Positions 28,561 to 37,513 of a stretch of DNA of 56,671 nucleotides are shown here, one piece after another. The notes beneath the pieces are model-generated. The model saw only the letters and a list, made by a program, of their open reading frames with translations. It did no database searches and was not told the origin of the DNA. The position numbers and the translations under genes are program-made. Numbering within the stretch: the stretch's first letter is position 1; every line of letters begins with the position of its first letter. The DNA comes from an uncultured Aquificales bacterium (GTDB taxonomy: Bacteria; Thermosulfidibacterota; Thermosulfidibacteria; Thermosulfidibacterales; Thermosulfidibacteraceae), in assembly GCA_964411615.1 (NCBI GenBank), contig CAYPLO010000004.1:1-56671 (forward strand). Direction: 5' to 3'.

Positions 28561-29463
28561 ATGGAGATAAGACACATAGAGGTCTTCGTTGCCATAGTGA
28601 AGGAGAATGGATTCACCAGGGCTGCTGAGAGGCTTGGTATAACTCAACCAACCGTTAGCCTTCACCTTCAAACCCTCGAGAAGGAGCTTGGGGTGAAGCT
28701 GATAGACAGGGATGGCAGAAAGGTCATGCTCACACCTGCAGGAAGGATATTTTACAAATACGCCCAGCAGATAGTTGACCTGGTGGACAAGGCCAAGCTT
28801 GAAGTGAAGAGGTTTCTTGGAAGCATAGAGGGAACCTTCACCATAGGTGCGAGCACTGTTCCCGGAGACTACATACTTCCGCGGGTACTTCCAGGGTTCG
28901 TTAGGGAGTATCCCAAGACCAGATTCGTGGTAAAGGTGGGAGACTCTGAAGAGATAGGCACCGCTGTGGCGGAGGCTGAGATAGACCTGGGTATAGTGGG
29001 GGCAAGACTTGATGACGAGAGGCTTGAATTCAAGCCCCTATGTCGGGATGAGGTTGTGGTAGTTGCCCCTTCCGACTTTGACGTACCTGAAACGGTGGAT
29101 GCTGAAGGGCTCAAAGGTTTGCCCATAGTTATGAGAGAGCCCGGCTCGGGTACCAGAAAGGCCTTTGAGAAGGCTCTGGAAAATTTGGGCTTGAAGGTAT
29201 CCGACTTGAACATCGTTGCCGTTGTGGGAAGCACCACGGCTGTCAAAGAGGCTGTAAGGCATGGGATGGGATGTGGTATCGTCTCAAAACTTTCAGTGTC
29301 AGAGGAGCTGGAGAGGGGAATATTGAAGGTTATTGAGGTTAAAGGGTTGTTATCTACCAGGGAGTTTCTGGTGTGTACCCTGAAACACCGCACCCTCGCC
29401 CCAGCCATAGAACTGTTTATAGATTATTTAACTAAAAACGGTATTTATAAAATGTCATGGTGA
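28561..29463 (+). CDS. LysR-family regulator (CysL-like, selenium-locus associated)
   Basis: FTRAAERLGITQPTVS HTH, GASTVPG, REPGSGTR; adjacent to selB. Confidence 0.9.
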   Translation: MEIRHIEVFVAIVKENGFTRAAERLGITQPTVSLHLQTLEKELGVKLIDRDGRKVMLTPAGRIFYKYAQQIVDLVDKAKLEVKRFLGSIEGTFTIGASTVPGDYILPRVLPGFVREYPKTRFVVKVGDSEEIGTAVAEAEIDLGIVGARLDDERLEFKPLCRDEVVVVAPSDFDVPETVDAEGLKGLPIVMREPGSGTRKAFEKALENLGLKVSDLNIVAVVGSTTAVKEAVRHGMGCGIVSKLSVSEELERGILKVIEVKGLLSTREFLVCTLKHRTLAPAIELFIDYLTKNGIYKMSW

Positions 29464-30527
29464 AGAAAAAAGTCTTATTCATACAAGGAGTTCCCAGGTT
29501 TGGTGGGGCTCAGGTGAGTTTGTGTTACTTGGCCAAAAGTAATGCTATAGACTCGCTGGTTGTAACTTCTAAGGAAGGAAAGTTTTCGGAATTATGTAAG
29601 AGAAACGGTGTTAAAGTTTACATAGTACCTCTTCCCATGTGGAGAAAATTGAAATCTTGGTTTAGAATTCCTATTGCCCTAATTAAGCTTGTTAGTATTA
29701 TAGTTAATGAAAATATAGATATCGTCTATGCTAATACATTATGGGATGTTCCTTACTCTGTTGTTCTTTCTTTACTAACGAACAAATATTCTGTTGGTCA
29801 TTTCCGGAATACATTTTCTGAAGATAAAATTGGTAAATATTTGGTTAAATTTTTACATAAAACCATTGCAGTTTCTTTTGAAGTTGCCAAAACGTTATGG
29901 AAATATGATATTAGATGTAAAGTGGTGTATAATGGTGCCCCTGTGCCTGATTGTGAAAATAGAGGCTCTAATGATTGTTTTCTTATATCTTTGATAGGTA
30001 GAGTAGATAGTACAAAGGGTCAGGATATAGCCATTAAATCTATGGGTATTTTGAGGAAGAAGATTAGCCGTATCAAGCTCGTTATTGCTGGAGAAGAGTC
30101 TTATCTAGAAAGGGGTTTGTTGAAAAGACTTATATATATGGTTAATAATTTGGGATTAAGAGATAGGGTGAGTTTTTTGGGGTACGTTGATAAAGTGTAT
30201 GAACTTCTATGTAGAACCGACGTATCTCTTGTTCCTTCAAAACAATCATCTAATGAGGGGTTTGGTCGAGTTATAATAGAGTCGTTTGCGTGTGGAGTTC
30301 CTGTAATAGCTAGTAGGGTTGGAGGTATTTTGACTGTTATGAGGGACGGAAAAGTTGGGTTCGTTGTATTGCCTGATGAATTTGGGTTTTCTGAGTGTAT
30401 TCTAAAATATACTTTGTATCCTGTTGTAAGAAGAAGACATAGCACTAATGCTAAAGTTGTATTTAGCAGATATTATAAGTTAGATAGAGTTGTTAATAAT
30501 CTAATATCAGAGTTGTATGGGTATTAG
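29457..30527 (+). CDS. GT4-family glycosyltransferase
   Basis: FGGAQ, GRVD..KGQ, EGFGRVIIESFACGVPVIAS. Confidence 0.88.
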   Translation: MVKKKVLFIQGVPRFGGAQVSLCYLAKSNAIDSLVVTSKEGKFSELCKRNGVKVYIVPLPMWRKLKSWFRIPIALIKLVSIIVNENIDIVYANTLWDVPYSVVLSLLTNKYSVGHFRNTFSEDKIGKYLVKFLHKTIAVSFEVAKTLWKYDIRCKVVYNGAPVPDCENRGSNDCFLISLIGRVDSTKGQDIAIKSMGILRKKISRIKLVIAGEESYLERGLLKRLIYMVNNLGLRDRVSFLGYVDKVYELLCRTDVSLVPSKQSSNEGFGRVIIESFACGVPVIASRVGGILTVMRDGKVGFVVLPDEFGFSECILKYTLYPVVRRRHSTNAKVVFSRYYKLDRVVNNLISELYGY

Positions 30528-30529
30528 GC

Positions 30530-31552
30530 GTGAAGATTTTGCATGTTTTATCCCATCCTTCTATTAGAAGGGGTGGTGCTATTCAGGCTTTGAGGATGGC
30601 AAGGTATATGTCTGATAGAGGGCATAGTGTTTCTCTAATTTTGAACAGGGGTAGTTGTGATGGATTAAGTATTAACATTGATGTAAATTTGAGGTGTATT
30701 AAGTTATCTTTATTGAATGTTATTACAATATATAGAATATATTCGGACCATGATATTGTGCATTTTCACAGGCAAGAATCTCTTGTGGTTGCTCTTATCT
30801 TGATGTTGTCCGATGGTAGAAAAAGATGTTTTTTCCAGAGGGGAACTGTTTATAAACTTAAAAGGAAGTATTTAGCGATTCTTAAATCCTTCAATATAAG
30901 TATCATAGCAGTATCCCATGCTGTCAAAAGAGCACTAGTATCCAGTGGAATCAGAGAAGATAAAATACATGTTGTATATGGCAGTGTTGATATCCCTTCC
31001 AAAGTCCATAGTCGAAAAGGTGGACCTGGGTTCTCCTTAGGGTTAGTGGCTGCTCCTGTGGGAAAGAAGGGATATCCGTTGTTTTTTAAGATTTGTGGTT
31101 ATATATATAATAAAGTAAATAGCAAGTTTTTAGTGTTTGGTAGCAATTTTAGAGAAAAGTTTACCAAGATGTATCCTAATGTTGATAAAATAGTAAGTTT
31201 TATGGGATATACTAATGATATAGGCAAGATATATCCAAATTTAACCATGCTTTTATGTACATCCACAAAAGGGGAGGGACTTACAGGTAGTGTCCGAGAG
31301 GCTATGGCTTATATGGTTCCTGTAGCCTCAACCCCTGTAGCTGGTAATCCAGAAGTCGTTGAGGATTGTAAAACTGGAATTGAAATAGGATACGATCATC
31401 TGGATTCATCTATTAAGATTCTCAAGTTTCTTTTTCTACCTAAAATTTTGAGAGTTTTGACTTTAAATGCTAGGGTAATAGCCTTGAGGAAATTCCATCC
31501 TCGACTTAATATAGATAAATTGCTAAGTATATATTGCGAAGCGAAAAAATGA
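30530..31552 (+). CDS. GT4-family glycosyltransferase
   Basis: GGAIQAL, KKG, EGLTGSVREAMA. Confidence 0.85.
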   Translation: MKILHVLSHPSIRRGGAIQALRMARYMSDRGHSVSLILNRGSCDGLSINIDVNLRCIKLSLLNVITIYRIYSDHDIVHFHRQESLVVALILMLSDGRKRCFFQRGTVYKLKRKYLAILKSFNISIIAVSHAVKRALVSSGIREDKIHVVYGSVDIPSKVHSRKGGPGFSLGLVAAPVGKKGYPLFFKICGYIYNKVNSKFLVFGSNFREKFTKMYPNVDKIVSFMGYTNDIGKIYPNLTMLLCTSTKGEGLTGSVREAMAYMVPVASTPVAGNPEVVEDCKTGIEIGYDHLDSSIKILKFLFLPKILRVLTLNARVIALRKFHPRLNIDKLLSIYCEAKK

Positions 31553-32478
31553 AGAGATATTATCTTCCTCATGATGGTTTTTTGTTAAAAAATTTATATA
31601 AGAGAATAGTGAAAGGTTATCGCCCATTGCCTTCTTTTCCTGAAGTTGTTCAAATACAAACGATTACTGGATGTAATGCTAGATGTGTTTTTTGTCCTAA
31701 TTCTATACTGTATGATAAGTTACCAAAGGGTACTATGGAGTGGGACCTTTTTAGAAAGATAATAGATGAGATTTGTAAGTATAATGTTAAAAGGATAAGT
31801 CCTTATCTCATGAATGAACCTTTGCTCGATAGAGACTTACCAAGAAAGATAAAGTATATAGCCGAGAATAAAAGAAAAGACACAATAATTAAAATAAACA
31901 CAAATGGTTCTTTACTAGATGATGAGATGGCTGAAGCTTTGATAGAGTCTGGATTGGATAGGATTAATTTTAGTGTACATGGTATAACTAAGAGAACATA
32001 TGAAAGTCAAATGGTAGGATTGAATTTGGAAAAAGTTTTAGAGAATATAGATATGTTTTTGAGTATTAAAAAGAAAAAAGGTGCATCTAAGCCGAGAGTC
32101 AGGGTAACGATGGTTAGAACAAGAGAGGTAGAGAAAGAGATAGACTATATAAAGAAGTATTGGGAGTCTCGTGGAGTAAAAGTAAATATCAGAAAATTAG
32201 AAAACAGGGCTAGAAAAGAAATAGTTATGAGGGGAATTAACTCTGTAGAGTGGAAGCCTTTCAGTATCTGTGATAGAATGTTCCGCCAAGCATATATAAC
32301 ATTTGATGGTAAAGTAGTATTGTGTTGTGTGGATTGGGAAAGAACAACTGTGTTAGGAGATCTTAATGTGCATACTCTTAAAGATGTTTGGAATTCTCAG
32401 TACTATATGGAGCTTAGAAGAAAGTTTTTAAAGGGTGATTTATCTAATATGTTATGTTCAAAATGTTTAATGTCTTGA
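31549..32478 (+). CDS. Radical SAM protein with SPASM/twitch domain
   Basis: CNARCVFC, NEPLLD, NTNG; C-terminal C...CC.D...LGD...WNS...CSKC. Confidence 0.9.
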   Translation: MKRYYLPHDGFLLKNLYKRIVKGYRPLPSFPEVVQIQTITGCNARCVFCPNSILYDKLPKGTMEWDLFRKIIDEICKYNVKRISPYLMNEPLLDRDLPRKIKYIAENKRKDTIIKINTNGSLLDDEMAEALIESGLDRINFSVHGITKRTYESQMVGLNLEKVLENIDMFLSIKKKKGASKPRVRVTMVRTREVEKEIDYIKKYWESRGVKVNIRKLENRARKEIVMRGINSVEWKPFSICDRMFRQAYITFDGKVVLCCVDWERTTVLGDLNVHTLKDVWNSQYYMELRRKFLKGDLSNMLCSKCLMS

Positions 32479-33506
32479 AAGGCAATGATATATTGCTGTT
32501 TGCTAGAGTTCCCATGAATTTAGTATGTCTAAGAAGTATATATGAAAAACTGAAATGTTCATATAGGTTTTACTATTCTTTTAAAAACGCGGGTGATTTT
32601 GAGATTTCAGATTTTCGGAACTGTGTGCCCGGTGCTGTTTTTATTCCTTCTATCATTGCTAAATATATTAAGTGGAGATTGTATCTTACTTCCGATATAT
32701 ACCTTTTATCTAAGAACGCTTCTTGCAAAATATACACTTTTCATGGTGTTTCTTTTAAGGGCAGAAGTTATACTCATAAGGTTCTCATGTATGATAGATT
32801 GTTTATTATAGGTCCATATATGTTGGAGAGATTTATAAAATTAGGGATTCTTAAAGAAAATGATAAGAGGATTCTGAAGGTTGGTATGCCTAAGTTGGAT
32901 TCTCTTGTAGATGGAACTTGGGATATTTGTAATTCTAGGGAGTACTTAGGAATATTTGAGCATCAGTATAATTTCGTTGCGTTATATGCTCCTACATGGG
33001 GAGTAGCTTCTTCTTTTTATTCCTATATTGATGTTATTGTAAATGTTATAACATCTATGAATGGATGTTTAATAATAAAGTTGCATGATCATTTGCTCCA
33101 TCATAAAGATGTTAAGCGGAAGATAGATATGTATAGATATAATCCAAATGTTCTGGTCTACGAAAGTTATGATATTATCCCAGCTATGGCTGCTGCTGAC
33201 TTTCTTATAACAGATTTAAGTTCAGTTGCTAATGAGTTTTTGGTGTTAGATAGACCTATTGTATTTTTATGGGTTCCATCTTCACTTGAAAGATACGGAG
33301 ATACATTGGATAAAGAGATGGTTTTTAGAGGTGGTGTTTTGGTTGATAGACCTGATGCTGTGCTATTAGAAAAAACTATTACTGATGTTTTAGCTCATCC
33401 AGAAATCTTCTCTGAAGACAGGAGATTTCTTAAAAACTATTTGTTTTACAATTTGGGAAAGGCGACTAGCGTAGCAGTTTCATATATAAAGGAAATTTTG
33501 TCTTGA
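32475..33506 (+). CDS. CDP-glycerol glycerophosphotransferase (TagB/TagF-like) family protein
   Basis: FHG..FK, GMPKLD, LYAPTW, KLH, D.LITD.SSV..EF..LDRPIVF; TTG at 32475 overlaps the upstream stop. Confidence 0.85.
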   Translation: MKGNDILLFARVPMNLVCLRSIYEKLKCSYRFYYSFKNAGDFEISDFRNCVPGAVFIPSIIAKYIKWRLYLTSDIYLLSKNASCKIYTFHGVSFKGRSYTHKVLMYDRLFIIGPYMLERFIKLGILKENDKRILKVGMPKLDSLVDGTWDICNSREYLGIFEHQYNFVALYAPTWGVASSFYSYIDVIVNVITSMNGCLIIKLHDHLLHHKDVKRKIDMYRYNPNVLVYESYDIIPAMAAADFLITDLSSVANEFLVLDRPIVFLWVPSSLERYGDTLDKEMVFRGGVLVDRPDAVLLEKTITDVLAHPEIFSEDRRFLKNYLFYNLGKATSVAVSYIKEILS

Positions 33507-34228
33507 TAGCTGTTATATTAGCTGCTGGTAGAGGTAAAAGGCTTCATCCTTATACTATTGATGTACCTAAGGCTCTTCTTAAACTTGATCTATCTGATGG
33601 AAAAACTGTATTAGATTACCAATTAGAGACATTGCGCCGGTTTTCTGTTGAAAAGTTCTGTATAGTAGCTGGATACAAGTTTGATTTGATGTTTTCTAAA
33701 GTAAAGCATCATTCTGATATTTTAGTTGTTAGAAATGATATATACTACAGAACTAATAGTGTGTATTCTGCCTTTTTGGCTTTGAAAGCTGTAGATGCTG
33801 ATGATATCATAATTATCAATTCAGATGTTGTTTTTCACGCTTCTATTTTGGAAAAGATGCTTTCTGTTAATGCGGATGCGGTGGTTGCTATAGATTCAAC
33901 CTCTGACTTGGATGAAGAAGCTATGAAAGTTAAAGTTGTTGGAAATCAAGTAGTTCTTATGAGCAAGAATTTGGACGTGTCAGATTCATATGGGGAAAAT
34001 GTGGGTATTATTAGATTTAGGAAAGAGTCTTTGAGTTTGTTAAGGAATATTTTGTGTGATATAATCTCTTCTGGCTTCCTTGAGTTGTGGTTTCCCGAAG
34101 CTCTGAACGAGTTTGTGAAGTATAAGCCATTATATTACATAGATGTAAAAGGGTTGCCTTGGATAGAGATTGATTATCCCAGGGATCTTGAGAAGGCCAG
34201 GGAGTTATATAGGTGCATAAGAAGTTGA
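33503..34228 (+). CDS. LicC-like (phosphocholine/phosphonate/polyol-phosphate) cytidylyltransferase
   Basis: ILAAGRGKRL...PK, NSDV, DEEAMKV, GE.VGI, W.EIDYPRDL..A. Confidence 0.85.
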   Translation: MIAVILAAGRGKRLHPYTIDVPKALLKLDLSDGKTVLDYQLETLRRFSVEKFCIVAGYKFDLMFSKVKHHSDILVVRNDIYYRTNSVYSAFLALKAVDADDIIIINSDVVFHASILEKMLSVNADAVVAIDSTSDLDEEAMKVKVVGNQVVLMSKNLDVSDSYGENVGIIRFRKESLSLLRNILCDIISSGFLELWFPEALNEFVKYKPLYYIDVKGLPWIEIDYPRDLEKARELYRCIRS

Positions 34229-35298
34229 GGTTTGTTAGAGTTATATCCTATTTGAGAATTGGTGGAGTGGAAAAGAGGATGTTTTATGTTCTTAAAGGAA
34301 TAAAGGATTATTCTGTATTTGATCCTTCCGTTATAGTCATACATTCTAAGGGGAAATTGGCTTCGATGTTTGAGAATGCAAAGATTCCTGTTCAGTTAAT
34401 TAGGTTTAAGTCAAGGTTTGATCCTATAGCTTTAGTGAAGATGGTTTGTTATTTAAAGAAATTTAATATATCTTTCATACATGCTCATATGTATAGGCCT
34501 GGTGTATCATCTACTGTTGCAGCTTTAATTGCTGGGATTCCTATAATTTACAATGTCCATAATTTGGATCAGTGGGATAATAGGCGTCAGATATTAGTTG
34601 ATAAGTTTCTGAATAGATTTAGATCTAAAATTGTTTGTGTTTCTTATGCTGTGTTACGCGATTATATTCTTAAAACTAAGTGTAATGCTAATAAGATATC
34701 TGTTGTATATAATGGAACTATGATACCTGAAAAGGTTTCACGGAATAACTATAGTTGTCCTGTATCTGGTGATGTTAATATTTTATGTGTATCTAGATTT
34801 GTTCCTCATAAAAGGATAGATAGAGTTCTTTATTTTTTTGAGTTGTTATCCAAAAAAGTTGATTGTGTACGTTTAATTATAGTTGGTGGGGGACCTCTGT
34901 TGCGCGTTTATAAGGATAAATATGGGTATAATAACTCCATCACTTTTACAGGTGAAGTCATTGATGTTGATAGATATTACTTGTTGTCCGATTTCTTCAT
35001 TCTTATGTCTGATAAAGAAGGTCTTTCAAACTCTATCATAGAATCGATGTCTTATGGATGTGTTCCTTTGGTATCTAATGTGGGGGGAAATTGTGAAATA
35101 GTGGAGAATGGAAAATGTGGAATAGTGGAAAATAACATTTATAAAGCAGTGGAGAAAGTATCTAAGCTTATGTTTTATCCTAAGCTTTTCTTGAAAAAAT
35201 CTATATCGGCTAGAAGCAGAGTGAGCAGAAAGTTTAATATTAATAAAATGGTGAGAGATACATTAATCCTCTATGGAAAGATTTGTCAGCTTACTTGA
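34213..35298 (+). CDS. GT4-family glycosyltransferase
   Basis: IGGVEK, VVYNG, SRF..HK, EGLSNSIIESM. Confidence 0.88.
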   Translation: MHKKLRFVRVISYLRIGGVEKRMFYVLKGIKDYSVFDPSVIVIHSKGKLASMFENAKIPVQLIRFKSRFDPIALVKMVCYLKKFNISFIHAHMYRPGVSSTVAALIAGIPIIYNVHNLDQWDNRRQILVDKFLNRFRSKIVCVSYAVLRDYILKTKCNANKISVVYNGTMIPEKVSRNNYSCPVSGDVNILCVSRFVPHKRIDRVLYFFELLSKKVDCVRLIIVGGGPLLRVYKDKYGYNNSITFTGEVIDVDRYYLLSDFFILMSDKEGLSNSIIESMSYGCVPLVSNVGGNCEIVENGKCGIVENNIYKAVEKVSKLMFYPKLFLKKSISARSRVSRKFNINKMVRDTLILYGKICQLT

Positions 35299-36522
35299 AA
35301 TGGCTATATGAGCTATCAGCATTGCGATTATGGGTGTTTGTAGTATATTTGAAACTATTCCGTGTGTTAATATATTTATGACAGACACTACTAATCCTAT
35401 TTCTATGGGATGAACTCTTCTTTCTTTTAGTATTTTAGTGATTGCAGTTCTTAGATATATATAAACAAACGCAAAAAATGAAATTAGAGATATGATTCCG
35501 GATTCAATTAATATTTCAAGTGCTATATTGTGAGCATGATGTTTTATAGGATCTAATCCTTTGGTTCTGAACCATTTACTCCCTAGTGTTTGTTCGGCAT
35601 AATTTATGCATCTTCTCCCAAATCCCCATCCTGTTATCGGTTTTAGTTTTATTAGCTCAATAGCCGTTTTATATATACTTATTCTTTCAAGCATAGCTGG
35701 ATCTTCTGTTAGTAAATATTTAATATCTATTAGTTTTTTAAATCTAAACATCAGATATCTCTTTGATGATTTCGGTGTTATTATTGTCGCTAATATAATG
35801 ACACACACAATAGCTATGTATAGCAAGATTAATTTTCTCAGATTGACTAATTTTGCCTTATTTAATCCTAATATTATTACTGCATTTGCCGATAATATAT
35901 TTATTAACCATGATGTTCTTGTCATTGATAACGTTAAGCAAACTATGTAAGTTATGCAACCTACTAAGCTAACATACCTTAATACTGAATTATTGAAAAA
36001 TATGAGTGACATTAGGACTGGAATGACTAAGTCAGATGATTTGGATAATATGGTTGGACTTGGATATATCCCCATGAATCTATTCATAGGAGAGTATCTG
36101 CCAAACATTAAGTTTAAGATACCTATAGCTGTGTATCCTAGGGCGAGTGAGTAAGTTATTGATGTAAGTTCTCTATTATTCTTTACGAGGATTTTTATAG
36201 AAAAGTAAAGTATGGCAGGTTTTAGAATTAATTTCTCAAAATATGAAAAACTTATTCTATGGTTTATGGAAGTAATACATGAGAGCAAAATTGATAGTGT
36301 GAATACAATAAAAGCTATATCAGTTTTATCTAACCTGACTTTGAAATTGTCTTCTAAAACATGGGTAATGAGGCCTACCAATAGAATCACAGTTAATAGT
36401 CCTGTGAGTAGTCGTATTGGATACAGAGGTAGAGTGACTATACTAATTATTATGGCTACTTGTGAAACTAACTTTATAAATCGATGAAATTTGCCTGGCA
36501 ATTGTTTGTATGTTAAATACAC
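35263..36522 (-). CDS. O-antigen ligase (WaaL/Wzy_C)-like membrane protein
   Basis: Many TM helices, TRTSW, R..IY..A......P.TGWG.G, HAHN..LE...E.G. Confidence 0.85.
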   Translation of the reverse strand: MYLTYKQLPGKFHRFIKLVSQVAIIISIVTLPLYPIRLLTGLLTVILLVGLITHVLEDNFKVRLDKTDIAFIVFTLSILLSCITSINHRISFSYFEKLILKPAILYFSIKILVKNNRELTSITYSLALGYTAIGILNLMFGRYSPMNRFMGIYPSPTILSKSSDLVIPVLMSLIFFNNSVLRYVSLVGCITYIVCLTLSMTRTSWLINILSANAVIILGLNKAKLVNLRKLILLYIAIVCVIILATIITPKSSKRYLMFRFKKLIDIKYLLTEDPAMLERISIYKTAIELIKLKPITGWGFGRRCINYAEQTLGSKWFRTKGLDPIKHHAHNIALEILIESGIISLISFFAFVYIYLRTAITKILKERRVHPIEIGLVVSVINILTHGIVSNILQTPIIAMLIAHIAISSKLTNLSIED

Positions 36523-37513
36523 TGGATATTCTCCTTTTAGAATTTATACATAGTTTTTTTCTCTTTCTTGGAATCAAAATGGTTTCTATACACTTTTCTG
36601 AAGCTTCATTTGTATCTCCTAACTTGTATATATCTGCTGTGTGATGGTCAGGTGTTACTTCTAAGTTTTGTTCTATGTTGGAAGCTATAATAGATAAACC
36701 GTTAGCTGCGTATTCTAAAAGAGAGTTGCTTAGTCCTTCTTTTTTTGATGTTATGAATCCTATATCCATATCTTTTATTATACCAGTTGTATTTTTTATG
36801 GCTCCGAGAAAAATAACATATTTTTTGTCACTTATGCTCTCTATTTTTTCTCGCATTGGTCCGCTACCTATTATGTAGAATTTGATCCTATATAGCTTTT
36901 TTGCTATTAATCTAGCTATATCTATGAAATCTTCTACTTTCTTAAATTTTTCTAATCTTGCTACTATACATGCCTTTATGAATTCATCCTTTTTATGATA
37001 GTTAGGCTCCACTTTTACTCCGTTGTATATACACTTTATGTTACAGCAGTTGATATTTAACTTTCTAATTATGTTTTTCTCTACCGGATGTGAGACCGCA
37101 ATTATTTTATAGGCTTTTGTGCAAAATATTCTTTCTAAAATTTTCTTCTTGATATTGGGCCAATTGTAAGTAAAGTGAAAATGGAGGATATATCTTTTTT
37201 GAGCTATTAAACAAGCTAAGCCACATATTGGGATTATATCTTCCATTTTATGTATATGTATTATGTTGTAGTTTTTGATTAGTCTTACAAGTTTTATTAA
37301 AGATAAAATGGAATACTTATATTTGCTGTTGATGCCAATTATCTTTGCAGTTTTTTCAAATTCTTCTCTGAGTTCTCCATTTCTATAATACGAGCATATG
37401 TCTATTTCTATGGGATTTCCAATATAATGTAATTGTAGTAAAAGCTGTTTTTGTACTCCACCTATACCTAAATTAGACACTATTCTTAGAACTTTAAGTT
37501 TTTCACTAAACAT
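36443..37513 (-). CDS. GT4-family glycosyltransferase
   Basis: IGGVQK, IYNGV, ARL..FK, EGLSNSLLEY. Confidence 0.87.
   Translation of the reverse strand: MFSEKLKVLRIVSNLGIGGVQKQLLLQLHYIGNPIEIDICSYYRNGELREEFEKTAKIIGINSKYKYSILSLIKLVRLIKNYNIIHIHKMEDIIPICGLACLIAQKRYILHFHFTYNWPNIKKKILERIFCTKAYKIIAVSHPVEKNIIRKLNINCCNIKCIYNGVKVEPNYHKKDEFIKACIVARLEKFKKVEDFIDIARLIAKKLYRIKFYIIGSGPMREKIESISDKKYVIFLGAIKNTTGIIKDMDIGFITSKKEGLSNSLLEYAANGLSIIASNIEQNLEVTPDHHTADIYKLGDTNEASEKCIETILIPRKRKKLCINSKRRISSVFNIQTIARQISSIYKVSFTSSHNN

Noticed and set aside
25200..29500. tRNA-Sec (selC) or selD beside selAB
   Set aside because: There is no intergenic space and no matching structure or ORF.
25318..34228. Selenoprotein (in-frame TGA readthrough) near selAB
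   Set aside because: The TGA stops examined end full-length proteins and overlap the next start. No split ORF or SECIS-like context was recognised.
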